Shown here: one piece after another, positions 45,081 through 59,600 of the stretch
Layout of the letters: each line of letters starts with the position of its first letter
Position numbering within the stretch: position 1 is the stretch's first letter
Assembly: GCA_012295275.1 (NCBI GenBank)
Contig: CM022673.1
Location: 17,918,001-17,982,000, forward strand
Reading direction: 5' to 3'
Length of the DNA stretch: 64,000 bases
Source: Chrysomallon squamiferum
Lineage: Eukaryota; Animalia; Mollusca
Made by a program: the position numbers and the translations under genes
Notes under the pieces: model-generated
The model's database searches: none
Seen by the model: only the letters and a program-made list of their open reading frames with translations
What the model was told of the DNA's origin: nothing

Positions 45081-47204
45081 TAATAATATTAAATAAATAA
45101 ATAAAAATATATATAAATCCTCCTCTAGTAAAATTCATTTTTGAACAAACAAATGTTACAATAACTACAGTATGATAGGAAATATTAAATTTAATAGTTG
45201 AGTTTTTTAATAATGTGGAGACATCTGATACAGATAATTATTAAACCCCCGAGTGACAGATACAGGTTTGGTCATGCATGACTGCACAGCTCAGTTATAT
45301 TTGTGTTCATTAATTAATATTTATCTATTTTAACAACAAACTAAGTGAAATATAAAAGAAAATATTGATAATTTTTTTAATGAAATATTTGTATTTAAGG
45401 TTATCAGTTGTTGAGGTTTATTTATTTATTATTATTTTTTATTTTACTTTTTTTATTTATTTTGTTTTGTGCTGTTGTTGACAGATTTGAATATATATTA
45501 TTAAATTAAATGTTTTACAAATCTAATTAACACCTTATGTTATTTTATTTATAAAAATATTTGATATAAATACAAATGAAATTTATCAATAAGAATGTTT
45601 AAACAATATTATTTTTATGAACCCATATTAAATGTATATTATGTGAATATATTGCAATGGAATTACTGAAAATTGTTTACAAATAAAGATAAAAAAAGAG
45701 CTATTATTTTTAGTTTTATACTTCATTAATGTTTTATGCATAATTATTTCAAAATGTGAATTTCCAACAAGAACCGTTCATACAAATTTATTAATAAGTT
45801 CATTAAAATTGATTTTCTTTAAATGAATTCTGTTTAAAAATGTATTAAAACAAAAATTACTAAAAGCAGAGTCATTCACAAAAAAATGCCTCTTAACAGA
45901 CTGGAAAATATTTTAGTAATAAATCATTAAATTTTATGAGTATAAAAAAACAACAGATTTATAAAATAAAGTAAAATAAATAAAATCATAGCAGACTGGA
46001 TTGTTCACTAAAGTAAAAACTTTACTTTCCTGCATTTTCGACTTTATTTAATGCATCATGGATTTTCTAAACTGATGTAACAAAAAACAAAAATGCTGAA
46101 AACACATTAAAATCTAATTCTTCAAAAGTATGTTTAATTAGATTTCTGCAGATGTAAGTAAGTTTAATGTAAAACAAACATTTAAACCTTTTAAGAAATG
46201 TAACTAATGTATTCTAAAAAAAACGCTAAAAAAAATTGAATAATTATTTTGAGTGACTTTTTGTTAAAAACCAGTTATTGATTAAATTCTACTTTTTGGG
46301 GGAAACATCTTGGTATCTTGGTAAGTGCTGCAGTGTAAACTTTTGAAGGTGGAATTAGTTCAAGATTTTTAGTTCACAAAACACTTTAAAGAGATTGTGT
46401 GACCATAAAGAAAAAATCAGTAAACAATTTATCTTATTTTTATTGACTTTGTATCAATTTTTTTTTTTTTAAATTTTTTTTTTTTTTTAATTCTTATATA
46501 ATTTTTATGCAGAAAAATAATTATGAAAATACATACATTTGTTTTAATTTTAAAATATGTTTTTCATGTATTAAAACTTTATTTTTAAGTATATAAATTG
46601 TTTCAGTACTCTTGTATCATTTAATTTAATATTATATTATTTAAATATTTAAATTATATTATTATTAAGCTAAAAGTTTAAATATTTAAATCTGTTAAAT
46701 TCTTTGTTATTTACATAATTTATTATCATAATTTTAAATATTTTTTAAATATATTATTCTTTAAGCAGTATAATTTTTATTGCATGTATCTTTTATTACA
46801 AACAATTATTTAAATACCAATGTATTTCATACAGACTGTATTTTTATCACGTTATTTCAGTTTAAATTTTAAAAAGATTGTCTTTGATATTTATCAATTC
46901 AGTATTGCATAAGAATTCAAAATTCAAAATAAATTACTGCACTGAAATATTATTTCAGAAATTATTAACTTTGAATTCCTTTAACTTTTACCCCAAAATG
47001 ATATATTTACAGATTTTAATAACCTTATGAATTCTAATTACATTACTACCATCTAAATTATTTGTATTTTTAATTAACAATTTAATTAATTTAGAATATT
47101 TTATACTACTCTGATTATAAATCTTTGAACAAGGTTTGTAGTAAGATTAGTAATAGTCATAGAAAGAGAAACAGTATTTTTCCACCAAAGGTGCAACTAC
47201 TACA

Positions 47205-48110
47205 TCCATGACTACTACTATTAGTAGGTTTTTCTAGTGCTGTACTACAGTTACTACTACCACAACTACTTCTACTATTATTATTACTGTCTGAACTATT
47301 GCAACAACAACTAGTACTATTACTGTAATTGCTGCTACTACTACTACTATTACAACAGCTACTACTACACTATTAGAACAACAACAGCTACTACTATTAC
47401 TGTAATAACTGCTACTACTATAATTATTACAGCTACTACTATTACACTAATTGCTGCTACTACTACTACTATTACAACTACAACTACTAATATTAGTGTA
47501 AGTGCTGCTGCTACTACTACTATTACAACAGCTACTACTACACTATTAGAACAACAACAGCTACTACTATTACTGTAATTGCTGCAACTACTACTACTAT
47601 TACAACTACAACTACTAATATTAGTGAAACTGCTGCTACTACTACTATTACAGCTACTACTACACTATTAGAACAACAACAGCTACTACTATTACTGTAA
47701 TTGCTGCAACTACTACTACTATTACAACTACAACTACTAATATTAGTGAAACTGCTGCTACTAATACAATTATTACAACAACTACAACTGTTACTGTAAT
47801 TGCTGCTACTATTATAACAACACACTACTACTATTATGTTAACTGCTGCTACTACTACTACATTACAACAACAACTAGCATTATTACCGTAATTACTACT
47901 ACCATACTATTATTAATTCTAATGCTACTCTGCCATTAATACAACTGTTAATACAAACATTACTACTATAGCTCCTCACTGTTAATACAAAAACCACTAT
48001 TACTATATCTCTACTAAAACTGTTACCTCTTCTGCAAGTGCTGCTGTTGCTGCTACAACTACTACAACTACTACAACTACTACTACCACCAGACCTACAA
48101 CAACTACTGT
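47205..48110. repeat. Degenerate (ACT/ACA/ATT)n trinucleotide array with higher-order repeats
   Basis: Recurring block gctactactacactattagaacaacaacagctactactattactgtaattgctgc. Confidence 0.85.
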
Positions 48111-48119
48111 TAGGATGTC

Positions 48120-48169
<50 letters not shown>

Positions 48170-48832
48170 TATAACTTACAGCTAAATTTCCTAAGTACAA
48201 ACACCTGTTTTTTATAATAATAATAATAATAATAATAAACAACACTGTTACACAAATACATACTATTGCCTTCCACAGTGCAGTCCCCCTAGAATCAGCT
48301 CTAGCCCTGCCCTCAATCTCTACAAAAGAGTTCTGTCTGTTTGTCTCCTGTCTCATGTCTCTCTGGTCCTGTCCCTCCCTCAGCATTTGTGTCCTCACAT
48401 CAGTTTACCTATCTGTTACTTCTCATCAGTCCTCCATCTCCATGGCAACATGAACAAACAAATATTGACTGGCATCAGCTGATATAACAAAGTTTTGTTG
48501 TTCGCTGTTGTTGGTTGGAGTAAGACAAAAGGTGTTGCAGCTGCTAATTAGATTTGTTACGGAGAGCTGGAGACAGACCCAGTACTGGTCAGATAGTGAT
48601 TTATTACTGCTAGGTATTTGGTTACCACTAATAGTCAATCTCTTCAACCAAACCAAAAGCAGGTACAGTCTGACCTGTACTAACCAGTCACCTGTGTTAA
48701 ACCACAGTAACTTTGTTACCATTACCCAGGTCTGGCTTAAAACAGATTCATTTTGATCATGATGATTTTTAAAAATAAATTAACAGTGTAAATATTTGTG
48801 AACAACTTTTAAAATAATTATCCTGTTTATTA

Positions 48833-48865
<33 letters not shown>

Positions 48866-49213
48866 TATTATTTGAATTATTATTGACGAAGTTGTGTTTT
48901 TGTTGTATAGAGGTGGCTGTTAAACTGAGGTTCAGTGTGTTTGGCCAGGCACAGGTAATGAAGCAGCAAAGTTGAGGTGTTTGTAAAACTCAGGTATTGT
49001 CATTTTTGAACAGTCAACTCGTGGCATTAATCTGTTTGATAAAAACTTTGGAAATTTGTGTTACAGGTCATGATTTGGAAACATTATATTAACTTCATTG
49101 TGTGGGTTATTTATCACATCAACACATCAAATAAAAAAACCTGTGACGACTGTTTTTAATTTCATTAATATTATCATTAACTTATATTGAGAATAAAAAT
49201 GAAAGGAATAAAA

Positions 49214-49294
<81 letters not shown>

Positions 49295-49710
49295 TAAGTA
49301 GAGCAACTGTGTGAGAAAGAAAAATAGAAAATTTGAGATTTTGAGAGACTGAAAGAGAAATAGAAAAAAAGAGAAAATGAAAGTTAAAGAAGAATGAAAG
49401 AAGAGAGAAAAAGAGAAAGTATGAAGATGATTAGTATGTAAGAAAGCACTGTGTTACTGATAAATGAGAACACATCTCAAGTAACTCAACAGTGAAATAT
49501 CTGTGTGTAGTCAATAATTTCATGTTCTCCATTCATTACCTGTAATAACAGACACTTAACAAGAACACTGTCAGTGAATTTTGTTACTCAAAACAACCCA
49601 ACTAATAATTTGTCAGTGGTTAGTTCACAAAAGAAAAAAAGAAAGATTATACCAGTGCTTTTGTTTGTAATCAATATCATTTTGTATAAATCTATAGTTT
49701 AGATATCAGC

Positions 49711-49804
<94 letters not shown>

Positions 49805-50220
49805 CAGAGGGGGAGGGAGGAGGTGAAATCTTAATAATCATAAACTAGCTGTTGAATTATATTAATTGAATTGTGTTAATACTATCTATATTGGGTGTCT
49901 GTGCATACACTTAGGAAAAGAGAGAAGATATCAGATACAGACACAGATGTAGATATAGATATACATATACAGAGAGAGGCAATTAGATTAATTAACACAT
50001 TTAGAAACAGAGACAAAGACAGAAAATGGGGAAGTGTTCATGAAGTGTTTTACAAGACCTATTTCTGTAACACACTACTTGTATGTGCCAGTTCTGCCTG
50101 ATGCCAATCTCAGAGATTTATGAGAGGAGTCATAACCTGAGAAATGCCACATCAAGTTATTTTATCCCAGATGTTTAATGAAATGGTATGAGATGTCCTG
50201 TTAGTGTCAGCACTTTTTGC

Positions 50221-50512
50221 TGATGTACTGAAATGTAACAGAACTGATTATGTACTGAAAATGTAACAGAATTGATGATGTACTGAAAATGTAACAGAAC
50301 TGATGAAGCATTGTAATGTCACAGAATTGATGCTGTACTGAAAATGTAACAGAATTGATGATGTATTAAAATGTAACAGAATCGATAATGTACTGAAAAT
50401 GTAACAGAACTGTTGATGTATTGAAATGTAACAGAACTGATGATGTACTAAAAATGTAACAGAATTGATGATGTATTAAAATGTAACAAAACTGATGATG
50501 TATTGAAATGTC
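50221..50512. repeat. ~28-29 bp minisatellite, ~10 copies
   Basis: Unit tgatgtactgaaaatgtaacagaattga. Confidence 0.9.
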
Positions 50513-50629
50513 TGAAAATACTATTCTTAAAAAAACAACATACATGCAATACATATGATCTGTATTTTGAAAAATTGATTTGCTAGATTTTTTCATGCTG
50601 ACCAGTGGCTAACTAACAATTGACTAGGG

Positions 50630-50815
50630 AAACAAAACAACCCCACCCCTCCAAAAACAAAACAACCCCACCTCTCCAAAAACAAAACAACCCCACCTCT
50701 CCAAAAACAAAACAACCCCACCTCTCCAAAAACAAAACAACCCCACCTCTCCAAAAACAAAAAACCCCACCTCTCCAAAAACAAAACAACCCACCTCAAA
50801 AACAAAACAAAAAAC
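50630..50815. repeat. ~24-25 bp minisatellite
   Basis: Unit aaaaacaaaacaaccccacctctcc, about 6 copies. Confidence 0.88.
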
Positions 50816-51884
50816 AACCTTATGACACTGAAACTAAAAGTTGTAAGTTTTAAATTATGAATTTTTGCCATTTATTCATTGACTGAAACACTGAGAATCT
50901 ATTTGACTTTAACAGTGACTGAGACAAAGCAAATTCAGTTGTACGATTGGTGAATAAGAATTTTGTATCACCTTGGATTAATTTGTTTGACAACTAAAAT
51001 GTCAGGGTAAGATTTCCTGTTGGAACAGAAAAGTAATTCACAAACTTTGTAGACTCACTGAGAGACTCTGATCAAACTGTGATCTTTATCTCAGGAGTTT
51101 AGTCATCAGTTTAACAGTCTTCATTTCTCTTCCACTGTCACAAACTTTCATTCTCTATTTTGTCTTCCTCATTTTTTTATTTGTCTTACTCCTACATGTA
51201 AATACAAAACTGGAACCAGAGTCTCTCACACACACATATATACACACATACACAGACAGAGATAAAAGAAGATAGAAAGACAGAGAAGGGGATGAAGTGA
51301 AAACAACAGGAAGAAAAATGGAAAGAAGGAAAATCAGGAAAAAAGAAAGGGAGAGGAGAGAGAAAAAGAGATAAATAGATGAGAGGGATACACAGAGAAA
51401 TAAAAAACTACTGGTGTATTTTATGATATTTCTGTCAAATCCATAATTACTGTTCTTTTGTCTGCTGTTTTAACTATTTATTTGACTGGCAGTTTAATCT
51501 GAAAACATCATAAAGGGCTGGTTTGACAGATTAAAATAGATTTCAGATTGAAATATCAGCTCAGATGCACGGTCCAGTTCACCTCTAACAGTTGATTGCG
51601 GTCAGTGACTGGAATCTCTAATGTGCTGTGACAAATACACTGACTATTTTAAACTGAAAGACTATTTTGAAATTCTAAACCGTTTTGAAACACTGAACAG
51701 TATTGAAAACCATTCTTATTTCTGAACCTTAGAACTATTTCAATGTATAAGGCCATTTTCTATTTATAAACTATGTAAAAAAAAAAGAAGACATATTAAT
51801 TCAGGAGACCATAGATACAATAGTAAGATATAAAATACTTCTATAGGTGTGTAAACACAAAACTTCTTACATCTTCATCAGTAA

Positions 51885-52097
51885 ACTGGACATTTTTCCC
51901 ATTCCAGCCAGCATCCCATCACTGGTTTATTAAAATTTAATTCTTTCCTGTTAATGGGGAAATTAAACAACAAGACCAGTTTCAGCAGTTTTTTTTACAT
52001 CAGCATACAAAAAAAAAAAAAATAATAATAATAACATAAACTTGACATCTTATAACTGCCAAAAAATGTGTTGAGGTATTTTAAGCAAACCATTCAG
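51885..52097 (+). mobile_element. Decayed SINE-like remnant
   Basis: tttttcccattccagccag...cactggtt...aaaatgtgttgaggtattttaagcaaaccattca; same family as 1478-1686. Shorter pieces may lie at 41330-41395 and 43655-43725 (minus). Confidence 0.45.
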
Positions 52098-52758
52098 TGA
52101 TTGTGTCTAGACACTTGTGTGTTCTATACTGAGATTACTTCACAGCTCTTTAGCAAATCACTTCTCAGCCAGAAACAACTTAATTAGTACACAGAGGTTA
52201 AATGTTGATGTGTTATGACAGGGCCATACATCATTACGTTCTCTGTTGCATATAATTTATATCTCATGTGGTTACCTTATACCACTTCAGTTTTCACTGA
52301 TATAATGTTAACTAAAACCATAAACATCAATACATTAGACAGTAATCATTCTTAAATAGCTGCAATATCTTTTGTGACTGAGGTTATCTTTTACCATTTC
52401 ATTTCTCACTGATTGTTATGTTAACTAGATTCTGGAAAAAAGTCTGATGAAAGAGATCATCAAAATTCTTTAAAACAGCAGAAATGTAAGTCTTGAATAG
52501 TTTTGGTGTATAGGTTTTTAAATACTTCTACTATGTTTTCCAACAACTTGTACAGTTTTTAGCAGATGCACAAACATATTTCTGTGTTTGTGAGAATGCC
52601 AAGATTAATAAAACATGTGAGAAAAATTTTCTCTTCCTGACACACACACCCCACACACACACACCCACACCCACACCCACACACACACACAGACACACAT
52701 ATATATAATATATATACATTAATACATATATATCTATAATACATACGCACATATACTT

Positions 52759-52797
<39 letters not shown>

Positions 52798-53624
52798 ATA
52801 CATACATACACACACACACACTTAGTTTTCTGTTACACCAATATACATCTTTAGTTTTGAAACATCACACTGAAGCCATCAATCACTGAAAGATAAACGT
52901 GTGTGGTTGATTTGCATAACTGAGAACATCTTACAGTATATTACCTAGGATTTCTTTTCTTCTGCATTCTTACTTTTTAAGATTTATCTTCTTTTCTTTT
53001 TTCTTTCACTTATTCTTTTCTTTTATATATTTTTTATTTCTAACACCCACTTGAAGATGAATTTTTGTTTCACAGTTATAAGATTTAAATAACAAAGTTT
53101 ATGTTTAAACATTTCTGGACTGTTTGTAAGTAATCAAATCAAACTCAGACATAAATTATATTAAAAGTATTTTTTACATAAAAACAGTCACCAGAGATTT
53201 ATGTTAATTGTACTGTTAAAGAGGAGTGACTTATTCTATTTAATATGAAAAAACCCCCACCAATGTATTCATGAAACCAACTGTCTGTTTTGCTGAAGTC
53301 AGTTAATTGGCAAGAAGTTATAAATAATTTGAACTGTCAAATATGAAAATCAAATAAATATGCTAACAGTAAATAAAACATGAAATAAAAATGTAATAGA
53401 TGTGTGTAATGATTATTTAAATGAATAATCAATTTAGATGTCAACTTTAATTTAAAGGCAAACATACAAAGGAGTTTCTAAATATATTTGAAATTTTCTG
53501 TAGACCATAAAAATTTAGTACAAATAATACCTGAGACTGCCTTTAATTAAGCAAATGGTGAGCCTGAATGACTGTTATTATGTAAAATGTAAAACTTGAG
53601 TGATTGCTTTTAATTATGTATATA

Positions 53625-54062
53625 TAATAACTGATTTAATATTTAATTACAGAGTATATATAAAAAAGTAGTGACTGTATTTAATTATATTATAAATATA
53701 AAAATAAAATGACTGTATTTAATTATACTGTAAATATAAAAACAGAGTGACTGGATTTAATTATAGTGTAAATATAAAAACTGTGTGATTGTATTTAATT
53801 ACAGTATAAATATAAAAACTGTGTGATAGTATTTGATTACAAAGTAAGTATAAAAACTGTGTGACTGTATTTAATTACAGTATAAGTATAAAAACTGTTT
53901 GACTGTATTTGATTACAGTATAAGTATAAAAACTGTGTGACTGTATTTGATTACAGTGTAAGTATAAAAAAAGTGTGACAGTATTTAATTATAGTGTAAA
54001 TATAAAAACTGAGTGGTTGCCTTTAATTACGTAAATATAAAAACAGAGCAACTCTCTTTAAT
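53625..54062. repeat. ~39-bp minisatellite, ~11 degenerate copies
   Basis: Unit gtgactgtatttaattacagtataaatataaaaactgt. Confidence 0.88.
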
Positions 54063-54370
54063 GAACATTTGGTTTGCTAACTGTGCTAGTTACTGGATTT
54101 AGAGGGATTACTGTAATTGGGAACAGAAGACACAAATACTCTGGGAATTCCTTTATGATAAAAGTACAGTTATGTTGCTTACATAGTTTGGTTTGCACAA
54201 AACAGATTCAGGTTAAACTGAGGAAGTCAGAGAGTAGAGAGGAGTGACTGTTTAAACTTTGTGTAGTGAGATGACAGACACCTGATTTCAGTCTACACAC
54301 ACATAGCTAAATTTCTTATTAAGAATACACATACTCACAGACATACAGACATTTTTCCTTTTTAGGAATG

Positions 54371-54463
<93 letters not shown>

Positions 54464-55640
54464 GTATGTATGTATTAAAATAATTTTTATATTAGGTATA
54501 TGCAGGTTTGTATATGTTTGTCTGTGTCTGAGCATGTGTATGTGCAGAAGTGTGAGCATAAATGTGTGCATGTATGTATGTGTGTTGCCAACAAGTGAGA
54601 TGTTTTCATGACTAAATGTAATCAAACTTGTTTATACATACAAATATATGTCCAGCTACAGACACATATGATAAAAATCTCCACAAATAGAAAAATAAGA
54701 ATAAACATTTATAAACACACGTTTTTCAAAAACATATCATTTACAAAACACTGACAACTTTAACATAATAGTACTTCATGTACCTGAACTACTATAAAGA
54801 CTGAGCTCATAAGAATTTAATTTAATTTTCATCTTTTTCCTTCTTATTTTAGATACATTGCTTTCAAATTTACCACATTAAACTGCAACTGACATTGGCT
54901 CATTAATAACACTGAAAAAAATTCAAGCACTTCAGAAATGTCAGTCACTGATTACTGAAAATGTTCTCTTTATTGATTTCTAATATAAACGGCTTATGCT
55001 CACCCTTCAGCAAACACTCTACAGAGACTGATCCCATTAATATAGTGAAACACGGCCTCTAAGTTGACAATTAAAGTAACGTGCATGGACAGATATGAGA
55101 AGAGCTGAATGGAGAGATTAGTGGTAATTGATCATACATTTCACTACACTGTTTTAATTACATGAATTATTGGCTTGCCTTTCTAAATCACATTTATAAA
55201 ATGTTAACTAGGAAATGTAATAATAATACTCTTGAGATTTTAAAGGATTTTTTTTATCTCTTTTTTTAAAACTTTTTTTTGTTCATCATCTTAGTAAGAT
55301 GTTACAACTACAAGTGATTATTTTGATGTGTATGTATGAGTGTGCAAGATTTTTCTTAGTTTTATTTATTTTTGTGTGTATGTATGTTTGTGTTTGTGTG
55401 TCTGCACATATATAAATAAATGTTTTATTGACACTGGCAACCATACTTTGCTAAAAGTAAAATAAAATCTCCATGAAACTAAGTGGTCTATAGAACTAGT
55501 TACAATAGTATAATATATCAGGACTAATTGTTAATACAAGGACAGTGTATGATAACATTATAAGTAAACTGTTATAAAATTATATATAACTTTCTCTTTG
55601 ATCTTCAGTATTTCATATACTTACAAAGCATGACAGAAAT

Positions 55641-56090
<450 letters not shown>

Positions 56091-56643
56091 AGGAATGTCT
56101 GAGCCCCACCTGCAAAACGTGCTGGAACTGTTCTGATATGATGAAGCTGTTTTTGAAACACTAGATGCTAATAGGTGTGCAGTGTAAAGTAAACAATATT
56201 GATTAATAACATCAGTAGGCAGTGAATGTTGCTGAAATGTGAAACCTTTCATTACTGGCAGTCTCCTCCTGTAACAAGTGTTAATGGCTCTCAGTCAAAG
56301 ATGCCTGCTTTGGGACTAAAAAATAAATTAGTTTTTTTTTTTTCTTTTAGACTGAATAACTCAATTTTGCTTAATATTTATACTAACAGTTATTGGTTGC
56401 AGTTTTATTTAAAGACAAAACCAACCCTTTCCTGCAATGCTGACTAATTAGCAGAGAGGAATTAGTGTAAAAAACCTTCTTGTAAATGTGACAGTACAAA
56501 CCACAGCATTTTCACATTGTTTTTACCTATATTTCACCACACATTAATAAAGAGACTGACATGTAAATAAAGAAATAATTCAATTCTTGCATCAGACAGA
56601 CAAGTTTTTAACTTAGGTAATAATTAAGTAAAGATAAAAATAC

Positions 56644-56694
56644 CTGTGAAGTGTACGGACATTCAGTCAGAGTCCACGAAGTGACACCAGCCAT
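56644..56694 (-). CDS. Candidate distal first coding exon of the guanylate cyclase (MAGVTSWTLTECPYTSQ)
   Basis: ATG at 56694, 17 codons, donor CAG|gtattt, phase 0; would join in frame to the acceptor at 37366 (CEEHLRKPVHCRGRMYG). Inference only. Confidence 0.35.
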
Positions 56695-59600
56695 CTCACT
56701 GAGCTTTGTTTACTTCACACTTCACCTTTTTACACTTCATATCCCATCAACAAGTGTTTTCTCTTACCATTTCATGTTTGTATTCTTCTCTCCATAGCAA
56801 ATTAAATTTAACTTTTACACTGGTTTTCTCTTCCATCCAAACAATCTCAGTCTATGTCACATTCTTGTATTTTCTTTGTTGTTTTTTTCGCTTAATTTAA
56901 CTACACCCAGTTATTTCTTCTTCATTCACTTTCCTCAGTACACTAAGTTTGTATCTAGATTAGTAAGTAATCTTTGTCTTCTTAAATGTCCAGGTAAAAC
57001 AGGTATAAATTCTAAAAGAAAGTTGGTACAAGAGAAAATATAAATGATACTTGTGTTTGTAAAAAGTCTTTAAAGACTGAGTTAAAGGCTTCTCATGAAT
57101 GGTCTTCAAAATGAATCCAGCATTCAAGTATTAGCTTTTTTGTAAAAAGTGGAAGTTTTCAACTCAAGAATTACATTTTATAATAATTCTGTGTGCTGTA
57201 TAAATTATTCTTTGAATTTAAACTTATCCGTTAACTTTTCCTTTGTACATTCAAACAGAATTTAAACACAGAATCAAACCTTTAAAGTCAATTTCACTCA
57301 AAAATAAAATAATTAAAGTATAGATTTGGATTTATGTAATTTTGTAATTGTTTTTCTTTGTGTTATTTCTTCAATCTGATAATAAATACAAGTTTATCTC
57401 TCTTCATGTTCCAGTCACACTGCTTTTTTTTCTTTTTTCATTTCACACAGATCACAAAGTTCACACTAAGTCTATCTCCATCTTTCAACTGAATGCAACA
57501 CAACTACAGATTTAATTTCCTTTTTACAAATCTTTACACTGAATTTAGATACAGATTTAGAGTTAAGCTTCACTTTAAACTCAATTTACAGAAAATTTGG
57601 TACAGTTAAATTTCTGTTTAAAAACTGCAAATGCTGAATTTAGAGTTTCCCTTAATAACACCAGCATTTAGAGTTAAGTTCTCTTTACAACTCCAAGCAA
57701 CTGAATTTAAATAGAGGTTTAGAGTTAATTTTCTTTTTAGATCTCCAGACACTGAATTTAAGTAGAGATGAAGAGTTGTGTGTCTACTTGAACTCCTTAC
57801 TGTGATGTGTTTTAGTAGAGAAGCTGATCTCACCTCTCAGTCAAGTGCAGATGATCACAGATGTCCACTCTACATTAACAGGTCGCGCTTCACTGAGCAG
57901 GAGGTTATTGATCAGTGACAGCACGAAACATCTAACAACTGCTTGTCGCAGACATCCCGTTCAGAGGACAAGTTTCACTTTTGTGATAAATTTTGTAATG
58001 TTGTACACACACAAATAACAAGCCTGATACAAAAAGTATTCCAATCTGTATTACTAAATTTTTTTATCTGAGACAAATAATATTATAATTTGTCCTTTAA
58101 CTTAAACAAACACATCAAAAGAAATTTAACGAAAAAAAAAAAAAAAAAAAAAAAATGGTGGAAAGTGATGTAAAACTACTTTCTGATGAAAATTTGTTTA
58201 CTGAAAGTGGTAAATAAAATATGATATCACACACAGCACCTCCTTGTTATCCAGGCAGGAGCAGTAATCAGTGGGTGGGAGAGAAGGGAGGGGGGTCACA
58301 TTACACACACACACACACATGATGATCCTCTTCATAACAAGACAGTCTCCGCTTGATGTTGGATTTGGTTAATTTCACAAGCAATAAAATCCACTGTTGA
58401 TGTTCTAATGGATTTGCAGGTGCAGTTTTCACAGAGAAATAAAAAATACTATCACTTGTACATAATCGTAAATCAGTCACAAAACAAACTAACAACAATT
58501 ACAGTAACTGCAGTAATCCAAGAGTTTCCTTCTAAATCATCACTTAATGGTGGTCGAGAAATAATTTCCATGATATTTGGGTTAATTGTGAAAACATGTG
58601 AAAACAATGTGTTTAGGCAATGCTTCAAAAAATAATTGCCTTATTATGAGTGAAAATCAGTCAAATAATTCAAGTGTTATTCTTTTTTTTTTTTTTTTTC
58701 TTGGCTTTTGTTTTATAAATATAACTAAGGTAAAATAGGTCTTTAAAAAAAAAAAAAATTTAATAAAATGAAAGGAAAAAGAAAAAATATTTTGAATAAA
58801 AATAAAAATAACACATTTATGTGTGTAAATAAATATTTTAAAAAAAAAGATAAAAAAGAAAAGAAATTAAAAAAGCAAAATAAAATAGAAACATATATTA
58901 ACCTTCAAAAAAAAAAGAATAAATTTAATCAAAACAGTAAAAAAAAGAAAATTAAAATTAAAAAAATCACCTTTGAAACAAGGAAAAAGATGAATTTTAG
59001 AAAATTAATATGTCTGCTGCAGAATAATAATAATAAAAATTTAATTTTTTTGAAACTGTAATTAAAAAAAATAAAGAAATTTAAATAAGTTTAAAGAAAA
59101 GGTAAAAATGATATTAATTACAAAATAAATAAATAAATTAAACAGAAAATGTTACTGAATGTAAACTGACTTTCTTCTCTCTACCCCAGCTTCTCTCACA
59201 AACTTTTTAAGCAGTCGACATTTTGCGATCAATCAAACATAAATGATGACGGCAGGAAGAGCTTTGCCTGAATGAACAACCAAGAAGCATTCTATTCCTG
59301 GCAGCGTCTAATTTAGAAAATATGGTGCTTGTAAAACTAGTTGGCTTTGTACAAAAGAACAAAGTTTCTTTCAGAAAAGAATTTGGTATTTATTGCAGAA
59401 GTTGAATAAAAAAAAAAGTTTTAAATTCTCAAGAAAGGCTTTTTTTGTTTTTTGTGAATGTTTGCTTTGGACAGAATCTTGTTTTTAGATAAACTTTGTG
59501 ATATATATATTATTTTTTCTATATATAACAAACAACGTCATAAAAATACTTTATTTATTTGTTTGATTTTGTTTATTTATTTATTTATTTATTTATTTTT

